From Acidimicrobiia bacterium (GTDB lineage Bacteria > Actinomycetota > Acidimicrobiia > Spongiisociales > UBA5794), in assembly GCA_026985095.1 (NCBI GenBank), contig JALSQW010000018.1:23989-87988 (forward strand): a stretch of 64,000 bases of DNA. Reading direction: 5' to 3'. A model generated the notes under the pieces. That model saw only the letters and a list, made by a program, of their open reading frames with translations. It ran no database searches and was not told where the DNA came from. The translations under genes were made by a program, and so were the position numbers. Below are positions 34,586 through 43,214 of this stretch, piece after piece. Position 1 is the stretch's first letter. Each line of letters begins with the position of its first letter.

Positions 34586-35586
34586 GTCGGCTCCTTCCCG
34601 AGCTGCGTCTTGAAACCCTCCAGTTCGACGACCGGCGTCGGGTCGACCCCGTCGCGTCGAGCCATCTCCACCGACATGACGTCGCCCACCACGCACAGCG
34701 AGAAGAACCTCGCCACCGCCGAGGTGCCCTCCGAGATCACGGTACCGAGGCGCTCGGCCTGGTCACGCAACACGACCTCCATCAGGTCGAGCCGGCGAGC
34801 GATCCGAGCATGGTCGTACCGGTCCCGCAGGTAGATCACGCCGGTGCAGTCCCGCAGCGCCCCCGCTTCGGCCCAGCCCTGCAGTTCGTTGTGGTTCATC
34901 TCGGGGACCTCTCCCCACCATGCTGGGCGCTTCGCGTTCTCGTTGATCTGGGTCTTGAACCGATAGGCGGCCAGCGCCGCCACCGGATGGCCCCCGTAGA
35001 CGATCGGGATACGACCCTGCGTCGCCGCGGCCAGATCCCGACCCAAAGCCGCCCCCGGCCCGTCCCCGGCCCCGAGCAGGTCGGTGACGACGTCGGCCGC
35101 CTCCTCCAGCACCGCCGTGGGTTGCTCGATATAGCCGTCCCCTGCCAGCGCGGCGACGGTCGCCGCCGCCTGGTAGCCCAACGCGGCCCGAGGCTGCAAG
35201 CCACCGGGAACCTCGACATGCGGGAACGCCTCGTTGGCGGCGATGGTCGCCAGGGTCCCACCCGAGGTCACCGCCACCACCGGGAGACGCAGCTCCAGTG
35301 CCTCCTCGACACCCGACAGCGTCTCTTCGGTGTTGCCCGAGTACGACACAGCCACGATCAGCGCCCCTGCCGGCCCGGCCCACGCCGGCAGCCCGTAGCT
35401 CCGGTGGGTCGTCACCACCGAACCGGATCCCTCGGCTTCCAGGGCAGCGACGGCCGCAGCCATCCCCGACCCGCCCATGCCGAGCAGAACCACCGGACGA
35501 CCCGTCGGCGGCGCCGGGGCCGCCAGGCCGGCACCCCATCGAAGCTGCTGGGGGATCTCTAGGATTCGCTCGAACATCGTCGTCAT
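34582..35586 (-). CDS. Bifunctional phosphoglucose/phosphomannose isomerase (SIS)
   Basis: GMGGSG, SYSGNTEET, QPRAA, KTQINENAK and PEMNHNE. Confidence 0.92.
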   Translation of the reverse strand: MTTMFERILEIPQQLRWGAGLAAPAPPTGRPVVLLGMGGSGMAAAVAALEAEGSGSVVTTHRSYGLPAWAGPAGALIVAVSYSGNTEETLSGVEEALELRLPVVAVTSGGTLATIAANEAFPHVEVPGGLQPRAALGYQAAATVAALAGDGYIEQPTAVLEEAADVVTDLLGAGDGPGAALGRDLAAATQGRIPIVYGGHPVAALAAYRFKTQINENAKRPAWWGEVPEMNHNELQGWAEAGALRDCTGVIYLRDRYDHARIARRLDLMEVVLRDQAERLGTVISEGTSAVARFFSLCVVGDVMSVEMARRDGVDPTPVVELEGFKTQLGKEPT

Positions 35587-35780
35587 CGTGGGTCCTTCCC
35601 GTCCGGGGGCAGCGCCTCGTCGACGAGCATGTTCGGGATGCCGTCCTCCACCTGGTACCGCAACCCGCATGCGACGCAGACCAACATCGGTGGCTCCCGC
35701 CGCTCCTCCAACCTGCCGCCACAGGCGGGACACTGCATGATGGCGAGCAACTCGGCGGGAACGACGGGATCGGACGTCAT
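35583..35780 (-). CDS. Trm112-family protein
   Basis: LLAIMQCPAC...C..C...YQVEDGIPNML. Confidence 0.9.
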   Translation of the reverse strand: MTSDPVVPAELLAIMQCPACGGRLEERREPPMLVCVACGLRYQVEDGIPNMLVDEALPPDGKDPR

Positions 35781-37120
35781 GGCTTCTCCTGGATGATCTG
35801 CTCGACGGCTGCCACCAGCCCTCGCATCTGCGCCTCGTCGGGCGCCTCCACGTTGAGCCGCAACACCGGCTCGGTGTTCGACGGACGCAGGTTGAACCAG
35901 CGGTTGCCCCCCAGATCGATCGTCAACCCGTCGAGGTGATCGACCATCTCGGCGTCGGAGAAGGCCTCCTCCACCGCCCGCATCACGGCGTCCTTGTCGG
36001 CAACGGTGAAGTTGATCTCGCCCGACGCGGCGTACGGTTCGTACGCCGTTCGCAGCTCCGACAGCGGCCTCCCCCGTTCGGAGAGGATCTGGAGGAGCAC
36101 CAGCATCGTCAGGATCCCCGAGTCTGCCCGGTAGTTGTCTCGGTAGTAGTAGTGACCCGAGTGCTCGCCGCCGAAGATCGCCCCGGTGTCCTTCATCACC
36201 TGCTTGATGTAGGAATGGCCGACCCGGGTCCGTACCGGCACCCCGCCGGCCCGCACGATCGTCTCGGGGACGGCCTTGGAACAGATCAGGTTGTGGACGA
36301 CGGTGGATCCCGGTTCACGCTCGAGGAACCACTCGGCGATGATCGCCGTCGTCGTCGACCCCGACAAGGGTCGCCGCCGATCGTCGACGAAGAACGCCCG
36401 ATCCGCGTCACCGTCGAACGCCACCCCGATGTCGGGGCGGACGTCCTCCATCAGCGCCTCGAGGTCCTTCAGGTTCTCCGGGTTCAGAGGATCGGCCGGA
36501 TGGTTCGGGAACGTCCCGTCCGGCTCCAGGTACAGGCCGTGGAGCGTGGCGGCGATCCTGTCGAACACCTCGGGAAGCACCACGCCGGCCATGCCGTTGC
36601 CGCCGTCGGCGGCCACTCGAAGCCCACCGATGGCGTCGGCGTCGACGATCGTGAACAGGTGATCGACGTAGTCGGTCGAGATGTCACGGCGCCTCACCGC
36701 ACCTCGTTCGGTGGCATCGGTCGGCGGGACCTCGGCGATCCGCCGGATGTCCTCCAGTCCCGTTTCGACGCCGACCGGGGCAGCCCCGGCCAAACAGAAC
36801 TTCATGCCGTTGTATCGAGGCGGGTTGTGTGACGCGGTGATGACCACCCCAGGCAGGTCCTCGGCACCCGACGCGAAGTAGAGCATGTCGGTGGTGATCT
36901 CTCCGATGTCGATGACGTCGACGCCCCGCGACGTGATGCCGTCGATCAACGCCGCCGCCAGGTCCGGGGACGACAGCCGACAGTCGTGGCCGACGACGAT
37001 CGTCCGAGACGCCGCGAACTCGGCGAACCCGACGCCGATCCGACGAGCTACCTCGGTGTCGAGCTGGTCGGGGACGACGCCGCGCACGTCGTAGGCCTTG
37101 AAGATGGTGGAGAGATCCAT
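35777..37120 (-). CDS. manB: Phosphomannomutase/phosphoglucomutase
   Basis: FKAYDVRG, TASHNP, DGDADR, GEHSGH and RPSNTEP. Confidence 0.96.
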   Translation of the reverse strand: MDLSTIFKAYDVRGVVPDQLDTEVARRIGVGFAEFAASRTIVVGHDCRLSSPDLAAALIDGITSRGVDVIDIGEITTDMLYFASGAEDLPGVVITASHNPPRYNGMKFCLAGAAPVGVETGLEDIRRIAEVPPTDATERGAVRRRDISTDYVDHLFTIVDADAIGGLRVAADGGNGMAGVVLPEVFDRIAATLHGLYLEPDGTFPNHPADPLNPENLKDLEALMEDVRPDIGVAFDGDADRAFFVDDRRRPLSGSTTTAIIAEWFLEREPGSTVVHNLICSKAVPETIVRAGGVPVRTRVGHSYIKQVMKDTGAIFGGEHSGHYYYRDNYRADSGILTMLVLLQILSERGRPLSELRTAYEPYAASGEINFTVADKDAVMRAVEEAFSDAEMVDHLDGLTIDLGGNRWFNLRPSNTEPVLRLNVEAPDEAQMRGLVAAVEQIIQEKP

Positions 37121-37181
37121 GGCGCGAGTCTACGGCTCGACGCGAACCGAGCGGATCGACCTCCCGTACACTCCGTCGGAC

Positions 37182-37895
37182 ATGCCCGTACCCTCCGATC
37201 CCCACATCTCGGTCGTCATCCCCGTCCACAACGAGGAGGCGTACGTCACCGACGCCATCGACGAGCTGATGAAGGACCTGGCGTCGGTCCCCTCGGAGGT
37301 CACCGTGACCCTCGTCGAGAACGGATCCACCGACCGCACCGCCGAGCTCGTCGAAGCCTCGATGGCCACCCATCCCCACGTCCGGCTGCTGCGGTCACCC
37401 GAACCCGACTACGGGGCCGCGATGCGGCTCGGGTTCCTCGCCGCCGACGGTGACTGGGTCGTCAACTTCGACATCGACTACTTCTCCGCCGACTTCCTGC
37501 GCGACGTTCTCGACCACGACGAGGCCGACCTCGTCCTGGCGTCCAAGCGCGCCGAAGGTGCCGACGATCGACGAGGCATGGTCCGCAGGCTGGCGACCTG
37601 GACGTTCAACAAGATCCTCCGCTTCGTCCTCCACTCGACGGTGAGCGACACCCACGGGATGAAGGCCGTCCGCCGTGAGGTCGTTCAAGCGCTCACGCCC
37701 TTGGTCCGCTCCACCCAGGACCTCTTCGACACCGAGCTGGTGATCCGCGCCGAACGCGCCGGCTACCGGATCGTCGAGGTCCCCGCCCTCGTCGAGGAAC
37801 GCCGTCCGGCCAAGTCGAGCCTCCTCAAGCGGGTCCCCCGTACCCTCCGCGGCGTCTGGCGCCTTCGACGCATCCTCGCCGAAGAAACGAGCTGA
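37182..37895 (+). CDS. GT2 polyprenol-phosphate glycosyltransferase (DPM-synthase-like)
   Basis: SVVIPVHNEE, ENGSTD, DID (DxD) and DTHGMK. Confidence 0.9.
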   Translation: MPVPSDPHISVVIPVHNEEAYVTDAIDELMKDLASVPSEVTVTLVENGSTDRTAELVEASMATHPHVRLLRSPEPDYGAAMRLGFLAADGDWVVNFDIDYFSADFLRDVLDHDEADLVLASKRAEGADDRRGMVRRLATWTFNKILRFVLHSTVSDTHGMKAVRREVVQALTPLVRSTQDLFDTELVIRAERAGYRIVEVPALVEERRPAKSSLLKRVPRTLRGVWRLRRILAEETS

Positions 37896-37906
37896 ACGCG
37901 GCAGCG

Positions 37907-38371
37907 TCAGAGCTGCGACTCGGACGGGACCACCTTGGCGGCCTCGATGGCATCGCCGAAGACGATGTCGCGGTACGACGCGAACTTGGGCAGCAGGATC
38001 ACGACCGACGTCGCCAGGTAGACCCCGTTGGCCGTCAACGTCGACAACGGCCCGAAGAACGTCTCCGCCGTCCACATGGTGCCCGCGGTGACCGCCCAGG
38101 CGGCCAGGTTGATCAGGTAGAAGTGCGCCGTCTCGCGCCCGGAGACCTTCCCATCGGTCAGCTCGAACGTCCATGCCCGGTTCACCAGGTACGACAGGAA
38201 CGTCGTGATGGCGAACGCGATCGACACCGCCACGACCGAGAACATCCCCATCCACAGGAACAGGTTGAACAGGGCGAACGACACCACGGTGTTGCCGACA
38301 CCGACGATGCCGACCTTGACGAACTGGGCGAGCGCCCGACGGTTCATGAAGGTCGCCAGGTAGTCCTTCAC
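37907..38371 (-). CDS. GtrA-family protein (putative lipid-sugar flippase)
   Basis: QFVKVGIVG..NTVV and SYLVNRAWTF; four TM segments; GTG start overlaps the upstream stop. Confidence 0.85.
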   Translation of the reverse strand: MKDYLATFMNRRALAQFVKVGIVGVGNTVVSFALFNLFLWMGMFSVVAVSIAFAITTFLSYLVNRAWTFELTDGKVSGRETAHFYLINLAAWAVTAGTMWTAETFFGPLSTLTANGVYLATSVVILLPKFASYRDIVFGDAIEAAKVVPSESQL

Positions 38372-40557
38372 GAGGTCGCTCCCACCGTACGTCGGCGATA
38401 GCCGTAGACCCCGAGCCCGATCAGGGCGATGATCGTCGTCGCCATACCCAGTTTCTCGGCACCCTTGTCCACGAACTCGAGGGTTACCTGCTCCTGGGTG
38501 GGGACGACGACCATCAGCGATGGGGCGGCCCGGTACGGCCCTTCGGCGCCTGTCGCCTCCCAGTTCGGGAAGTACGACACCTTCACCAGGTGCGGGACCC
38601 CGACCGCGGTGGTCGTGAACGACACCGAGCCGTCGCCGACGACCACGTCCGACACCACCGGCTTCGGTCCCACGTACGGCACCGTCGAGTCGAGGCGATC
38701 CTCCACCGCCGAGACGCGATCCCACGACGCCGGGCCGTCGGCGACCATCCAGCGGTCGAGGTTGTCGACGTCGTCGTACCACCGCAGCGATGCGTCGACG
38801 AAGTCCTCTTCCCCGGCCCACACCACCGGGCGGACCGTCGCCACGTCCACCGCCGAGGATTCGGGCAAAGCGAAGATGGTCCACGGCGGCGAGACCGCCA
38901 GCTCCTCGAGCCCTGCGGCTCGGGCCTCCTCGGCCCCCCGTTCGGTGTACGCCACGTAGTAGGCGACGTCGTAGAGGGCCAGGTGCTTCAGGCCCCGGTC
39001 GAAGTTCAGACCCCGGTACTGCAGACCTCGCACCGGGTTCGAGGGACGTTCGGACACCTCCGAGGCGTTGAGGAAGTGGAACGGGGTCGTCAACGACGAC
39101 TCGAAGAACAGCCCCTCCATCGAGGGATGGCCCTTCGACCAGTACGGCAACAACATCAACGCCATCGGCGTCCCGTACGTGTTCATGTCGTTGTTCGCTT
39201 CCCACATGACGCGACCAGGCGGCAACGCATCGATGGTCTCCATCAGCGCCGCGTACTCCGGGTACACGGCCTTGCCCTCATAGCCTTCGTAGTTCCATTT
39301 CACCCAGCCGGGCACGTCATGGATCGACACCGCCGTGCCGGCCAGGAACACGAGCGCCGCCAGCGGCGCACCGACCGACACCACGAAGCGCCGGTCGTTC
39401 CATCGCCTCGCCACTTCGGTGACGGCCAGGCCGGCGGCGATCCCGGCGAACACGTACATCCCGAAGTACCAGTAGGGCAGCAACCTGGCGTTGTAGAGCT
39501 TCGTCGAATCGAACACGGCCAACAGCGCGTAGCCGGCCAGCGGCACCACCGTCATCGTGGCCAGGACGACCACGTCGTCGCGGCGAGCCAGCGTCCACAC
39601 GAGCCCCAACAACCCGAGAACGAAGATGGGCACGAACTCTCCCGGCAACGGCGAACCGGGGATCGCGTCGCCGATGATGTTGGTCACCGGCTCCCATCCC
39701 ATGTCGGTCGTCATCGAGAGCCGGGACAGCAGCGGGAGCGCCCAGAACGCGGCCAACGAGAACCCGAGGATCCACGACGTGAGCACGGTGCGCGGACCAT
39801 GACGTCTCCCCATCAGCGGCACCGACGCCACGACGGCCACCATGGTCGTGACGATGTGGCTCAACGCGGTCAGCGCCAACACCACTCCCGGCCAGGCGTC
39901 GAACCGCCTCCCGGCTCGGGTGGCACGCGCCACCAGACCCAGATAGACCAGCGACAGAGCGAACGACCACGAGAACGAGTACTCCCCCGCCAGTGTCGAT
40001 TTGATGTTGGCCCCGAAGATCGAGAAGCTCTCCATGAACACGAACATCCCGCCGGCGACCGCCGCCACCGCCGCCACGACCCTGACGAAACCCAACGATC
40101 GGACCAGGAAGTAGGTGGCCAGGGGAAGGGCCACCAGTCCGGCGATCGTCACCAACTTGAACGCCACGCCGTAGGGCAAGGCGACGTCGAGCAGCACGAT
40201 CGCGAGCGCCGGAAGCGGGAAGTAGAAGTAGAAGACCGGGAACCCGGCGTACCAGTCGTTGCTCCACCCCAAGATGCGGCCTTGGGGGAGCAACTCCTCG
40301 CCGAGGATCTTCGGCACCAACACGTGGGCACCCATGTCACCGCCGGTCGGGGTGTTGGCGACGAACAGGTCGGGGAACCGCCACAGGGACCCGGCACCGT
40401 TGACGAATCCTCCGAACGCCCCCGACATGACGAGGAAGATCATGAGGGTCGGCGCCGCCACGATCGCCGCCACCAGCCCTGGATGGACCCTCGATCGGCG
40501 TGGCCGAGGGACCTCCGGTGTCGTGTCGGTCTCGGGTGGCGCGGCGGTGGCGGTCAC
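38368..40557 (-). CDS. Polytopic membrane protein, PTPS-related/YfhO-like (putative GT-C)
   Basis: TGGDMGAH, WYAGFP...YFPLP, about 12 TM segments and C-terminal KVSYFPNW. Confidence 0.75.
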   Translation of the reverse strand: MTATAAPPETDTTPEVPRPRRSRVHPGLVAAIVAAPTLMIFLVMSGAFGGFVNGAGSLWRFPDLFVANTPTGGDMGAHVLVPKILGEELLPQGRILGWSNDWYAGFPVFYFYFPLPALAIVLLDVALPYGVAFKLVTIAGLVALPLATYFLVRSLGFVRVVAAVAAVAGGMFVFMESFSIFGANIKSTLAGEYSFSWSFALSLVYLGLVARATRAGRRFDAWPGVVLALTALSHIVTTMVAVVASVPLMGRRHGPRTVLTSWILGFSLAAFWALPLLSRLSMTTDMGWEPVTNIIGDAIPGSPLPGEFVPIFVLGLLGLVWTLARRDDVVVLATMTVVPLAGYALLAVFDSTKLYNARLLPYWYFGMYVFAGIAAGLAVTEVARRWNDRRFVVSVGAPLAALVFLAGTAVSIHDVPGWVKWNYEGYEGKAVYPEYAALMETIDALPPGRVMWEANNDMNTYGTPMALMLLPYWSKGHPSMEGLFFESSLTTPFHFLNASEVSERPSNPVRGLQYRGLNFDRGLKHLALYDVAYYVAYTERGAEEARAAGLEELAVSPPWTIFALPESSAVDVATVRPVVWAGEEDFVDASLRWYDDVDNLDRWMVADGPASWDRVSAVEDRLDSTVPYVGPKPVVSDVVVGDGSVSFTTTAVGVPHLVKVSYFPNWEATGAEGPYRAAPSLMVVVPTQEQVTLEFVDKGAEKLGMATTIIALIGLGVYGYRRRTVGATS

Positions 40558-40602
40558 CGGAGAGAGGCTAGCTCCCGACCGCTCCTAGGGGTCGAAGGGA
40601 CC

Positions 40603-40806
40603 TCAGGATGACTTGGGGTTCGCCAGGTCGAGGACGGCGCCCAGCTCCAGGTTCTCGCCGTCGCGGTTCCACCATCGCGACTCGCAGCGATGGCACGAGC
40701 AGAACTCGACCTCGGTGCCGTCGGGGAGCTTCAGTTCGATCATGATGACCGTCTCTTGGCCGCACGTCGTGCAGCGCAGGCCGCCGGTCGGGGGTTTCCT
40801 CGTCAT
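40603..40806 (-). CDS. Small zinc-ribbon-like protein (67 aa)
   Basis: CTTC...CHRCE.RWW; GGGAGG RBS. Confidence 0.75.
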   Translation of the reverse strand: MTRKPPTGGLRCTTCGQETVIMIELKLPDGTEVEFCSCHRCESRWWNRDGENLELGAVLDLANPKSS

Positions 40807-40859
40807 TCGACCTCCCATCGTACCCGCCCCTCCATCCTTCCGCCACCAGCAGTGGCCGT

Positions 40860-41165
40860 TCACGCGCGTTCTGCACCAGCCTGGCGGTCCGCCTCCTCGG
40901 GGATGTCCTCCATCTTCCCCAGGTACCGTGAACGGCGCCGGCCGTCCTCGGTCCAGTACGCGTACCAGTACGGACCATGCGGACAGCGGGTGCACGATGC
41001 CTTCCCGCAGCGCACCCACTGCTTCCGGACCCGGACCTCCGGTCCCGCGTCGGGGAAGGTGATCCCCGACCGCTCGAGACGGGCCTTGGCGAGCATCATC
41101 ACCCGACGCAGCTCGGGTTCTCCCATCTCCCGGAGCGCCTCCATCACCTCCCGGTCGATCGGCAT
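40860..41165 (-). CDS. Small Cys/His-rich protein, DUF6788-like
   Basis: RCGKASCTRCPHGPYWYAYW...SRYLGK. Confidence 0.75.
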   Translation of the reverse strand: MPIDREVMEALREMGEPELRRVMMLAKARLERSGITFPDAGPEVRVRKQWVRCGKASCTRCPHGPYWYAYWTEDGRRRSRYLGKMEDIPEEADRQAGAERA

Positions 41166-41171
41166 GCTCGC

Positions 41172-41390
41172 TCAGGCCACGTCCCGGAACGACGGTTCCG
41201 GGACGCGTCGATCGTGCAGGACCCATCCGACCGGCGGTGTGATCCGATCGGCATGGGTCACGCAGAGCGGATAGCCGGTCCCGTCGATGCGCTCCCCCGT
41301 GAAATCGACCAGCCAGGCCTCGCGCACGTCGTACGCATAGGCCAGAACCGCCGACGGGGGCGCGGAACAACGGACACAGGCTGCCTTCAT
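41172..41390 (-). CDS. DUF3499-family protein
   Basis: C..C...AVLAYAY...LC..HADRITPPVGW pattern; usual position near manB. Confidence 0.8.
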   Translation of the reverse strand: MKAACVRCSAPPSAVLAYAYDVREAWLVDFTGERIDGTGYPLCVTHADRITPPVGWVLHDRRVPEPSFRDVA

Positions 41391-41401
41391 GGCGCGCGAA
41401 C

Positions 41402-41821
41402 CTAGCGCCGTTCGTCGCCGGCGTCGGGCATTTCGTCCACCGTCGCCCGCTTCCACGCCGCTCGCAGCCATCGCCTCGGAGGAACCCCCGAGACCTGCCC
41501 CACGGGACGGCCGGTGGCGTCGACGACGACCGTCAACGGCACCGCCTCCACGCCTCGAGCCTCCAACGTCGCCCCCTCCAGCTCCCACGTGATCTCCCGC
41601 ACGGGTGCTCCGGTCCCCTCCACCGCGGCCAGAGCCGCCTTGCACGAGGAACAGTCCGTCGAGGTGAACAGGACGATCCCGGGCGTCGGTGCCAGATCCG
41701 ACACGTCGACCGGTGGATGCGACGGCCGCTGCCACCGCCCCGCCGCCCTGGCGACGACCACCGCCACCACGAGCAGCGCCGCGACCACGCCCAGGCGGAT
41801 CACCACCTCCACGTCGAGCAC
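41402..41821 (-). CDS. Membrane-anchored thioredoxin-like protein
   Basis: N-terminal TM segment, LFTSTDCSSC and VP cis-Pro motif. Confidence 0.75.
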   Translation of the reverse strand: MLDVEVVIRLGVVAALLVVAVVVARAAGRWQRPSHPPVDVSDLAPTPGIVLFTSTDCSSCKAALAAVEGTGAPVREITWELEGATLEARGVEAVPLTVVVDATGRPVGQVSGVPPRRWLRAAWKRATVDEMPDAGDERR

Positions 41822-41822
41822 C

Positions 41823-43214
41823 TCATCGCACCGGAACCGCCGACAGGAACGCCACACCGCGCGCATCGACGATCGACACCGCGACCGACACCGGGGCCGA
41901 ACCCACCACCCGGTACCCCTCGATGTCGTCGCCGGACTCGACGTCGACGGCCACCACGGTTCCCGCCTCGACGACCACCTTGTCGGGCTCCAGCCCGGTC
42001 GGCCCGAGCGGCTCGACCGCGACCGTGGCCGACGTCGAGCCGGTGTTCAGTACCCAGATGGTGGCCACCGAGTCCTCCAGCGACCCGGTCGCCGGCACCA
42101 GCCAGCGTTCGGCGGGCGATCGGACGCCCACCGTCCCCGCCACTCCCTCGATCGGCGGCCGAACCTCGCCCCCCTCCTCGTCTTCAGGGGGAACCGACTC
42201 CTCATCGACGACCGGAGGCAGCGCCTCCACCGTCGCCGCCACCGGTCCGCCAGATCGCAACCGCACCCCGAAGGGTGGCGCGGCGATCTCCGCCAGGGGG
42301 ATCCTGATCGGGGTCGACGCCTGGACCTCCACCGTCGTCGCCTCCTCGATGGACCCATCGGGGCCGTACACGTCGATGACCACCGACACCGGCGAGTCGT
42401 CGGCATTCGAGATCGTCAGGTACGGCACCAGTTCACCGGCGGCCGTGACCGGGAACTCCCAGGTGGTCGCCGGACCGGACCCGGGCCAGGACGCCTCGTC
42501 GGTATCGCCCGCCAGCACCAGGGAAGGGATGACGAGCCCTTGGCTCGTCGACACCAGCACCGACAGCACGTCACGCAACGGGAGGGTCGTCGTCAGGTCG
42601 ATCGTCGCCCAACTCCGGCCGGCCACATCGAAACCCTCGTATTCGGGCAGCGGCTCGGACCCGAACTCCGACAACGCGGTGATGTCCACCTTGGCGAGCT
42701 CCGCGAAGGGGTTGAAGAGCCGCAGCTCGACGAAGAGCCCGGTCGCCGTCGAACCGCCGGTCAGATGCCACTGCTTCGGCACCGACGTGACACACCGATC
42801 ACCGGTGACCACCGCGTCGGACCACACCACCGCTCCCGCCGCAGCCGGACCGTCGTCGAACTCCACGATGGCGGGGCTCTCGCCCCGCCGGACGACCGAC
42901 CCGATATCGAGGTCCACGGCGTCGAGGGCACGAAGGGTCAACGGCAAGGTGTCGGGCGCCTCGTTCGGAAACGGGCTCGGCAACGACACCAATGCCTCCA
43001 CCGGCACCTCCGAGGCCAACCCGATCACCGAGTCCCGAACCGCCCCCGCGTCGACCCATGGGCAGTACCAGGCACTGGTCCGACCCACGGCGTCGCCCGC
43101 GTCCAGCGTCGTGTCCGTTCCGAAATCGGGGCCTGAAGGCTCACCGGGTCGGACCGCCGTCGACGCCACCACGGCGAGCACCGCCACGACCACCAACGCG
43201 ACCATCCTCCTCAT
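41823..43214 (-). CDS. Secreted DUF5719-like protein
   Basis: Signal anchor, WYCP, W...GGST and L.LFNP; usual partner of the upstream glycosyltransferase in actinobacteria. Confidence 0.7.
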   Translation of the reverse strand: MRRMVALVVVAVLAVVASTAVRPGEPSGPDFGTDTTLDAGDAVGRTSAWYCPWVDAGAVRDSVIGLASEVPVEALVSLPSPFPNEAPDTLPLTLRALDAVDLDIGSVVRRGESPAIVEFDDGPAAAGAVVWSDAVVTGDRCVTSVPKQWHLTGGSTATGLFVELRLFNPFAELAKVDITALSEFGSEPLPEYEGFDVAGRSWATIDLTTTLPLRDVLSVLVSTSQGLVIPSLVLAGDTDEASWPGSGPATTWEFPVTAAGELVPYLTISNADDSPVSVVIDVYGPDGSIEEATTVEVQASTPIRIPLAEIAAPPFGVRLRSGGPVAATVEALPPVVDEESVPPEDEEGGEVRPPIEGVAGTVGVRSPAERWLVPATGSLEDSVATIWVLNTGSTSATVAVEPLGPTGLEPDKVVVEAGTVVAVDVESGDDIEGYRVVGSAPVSVAVSIVDARGVAFLSAVPVR

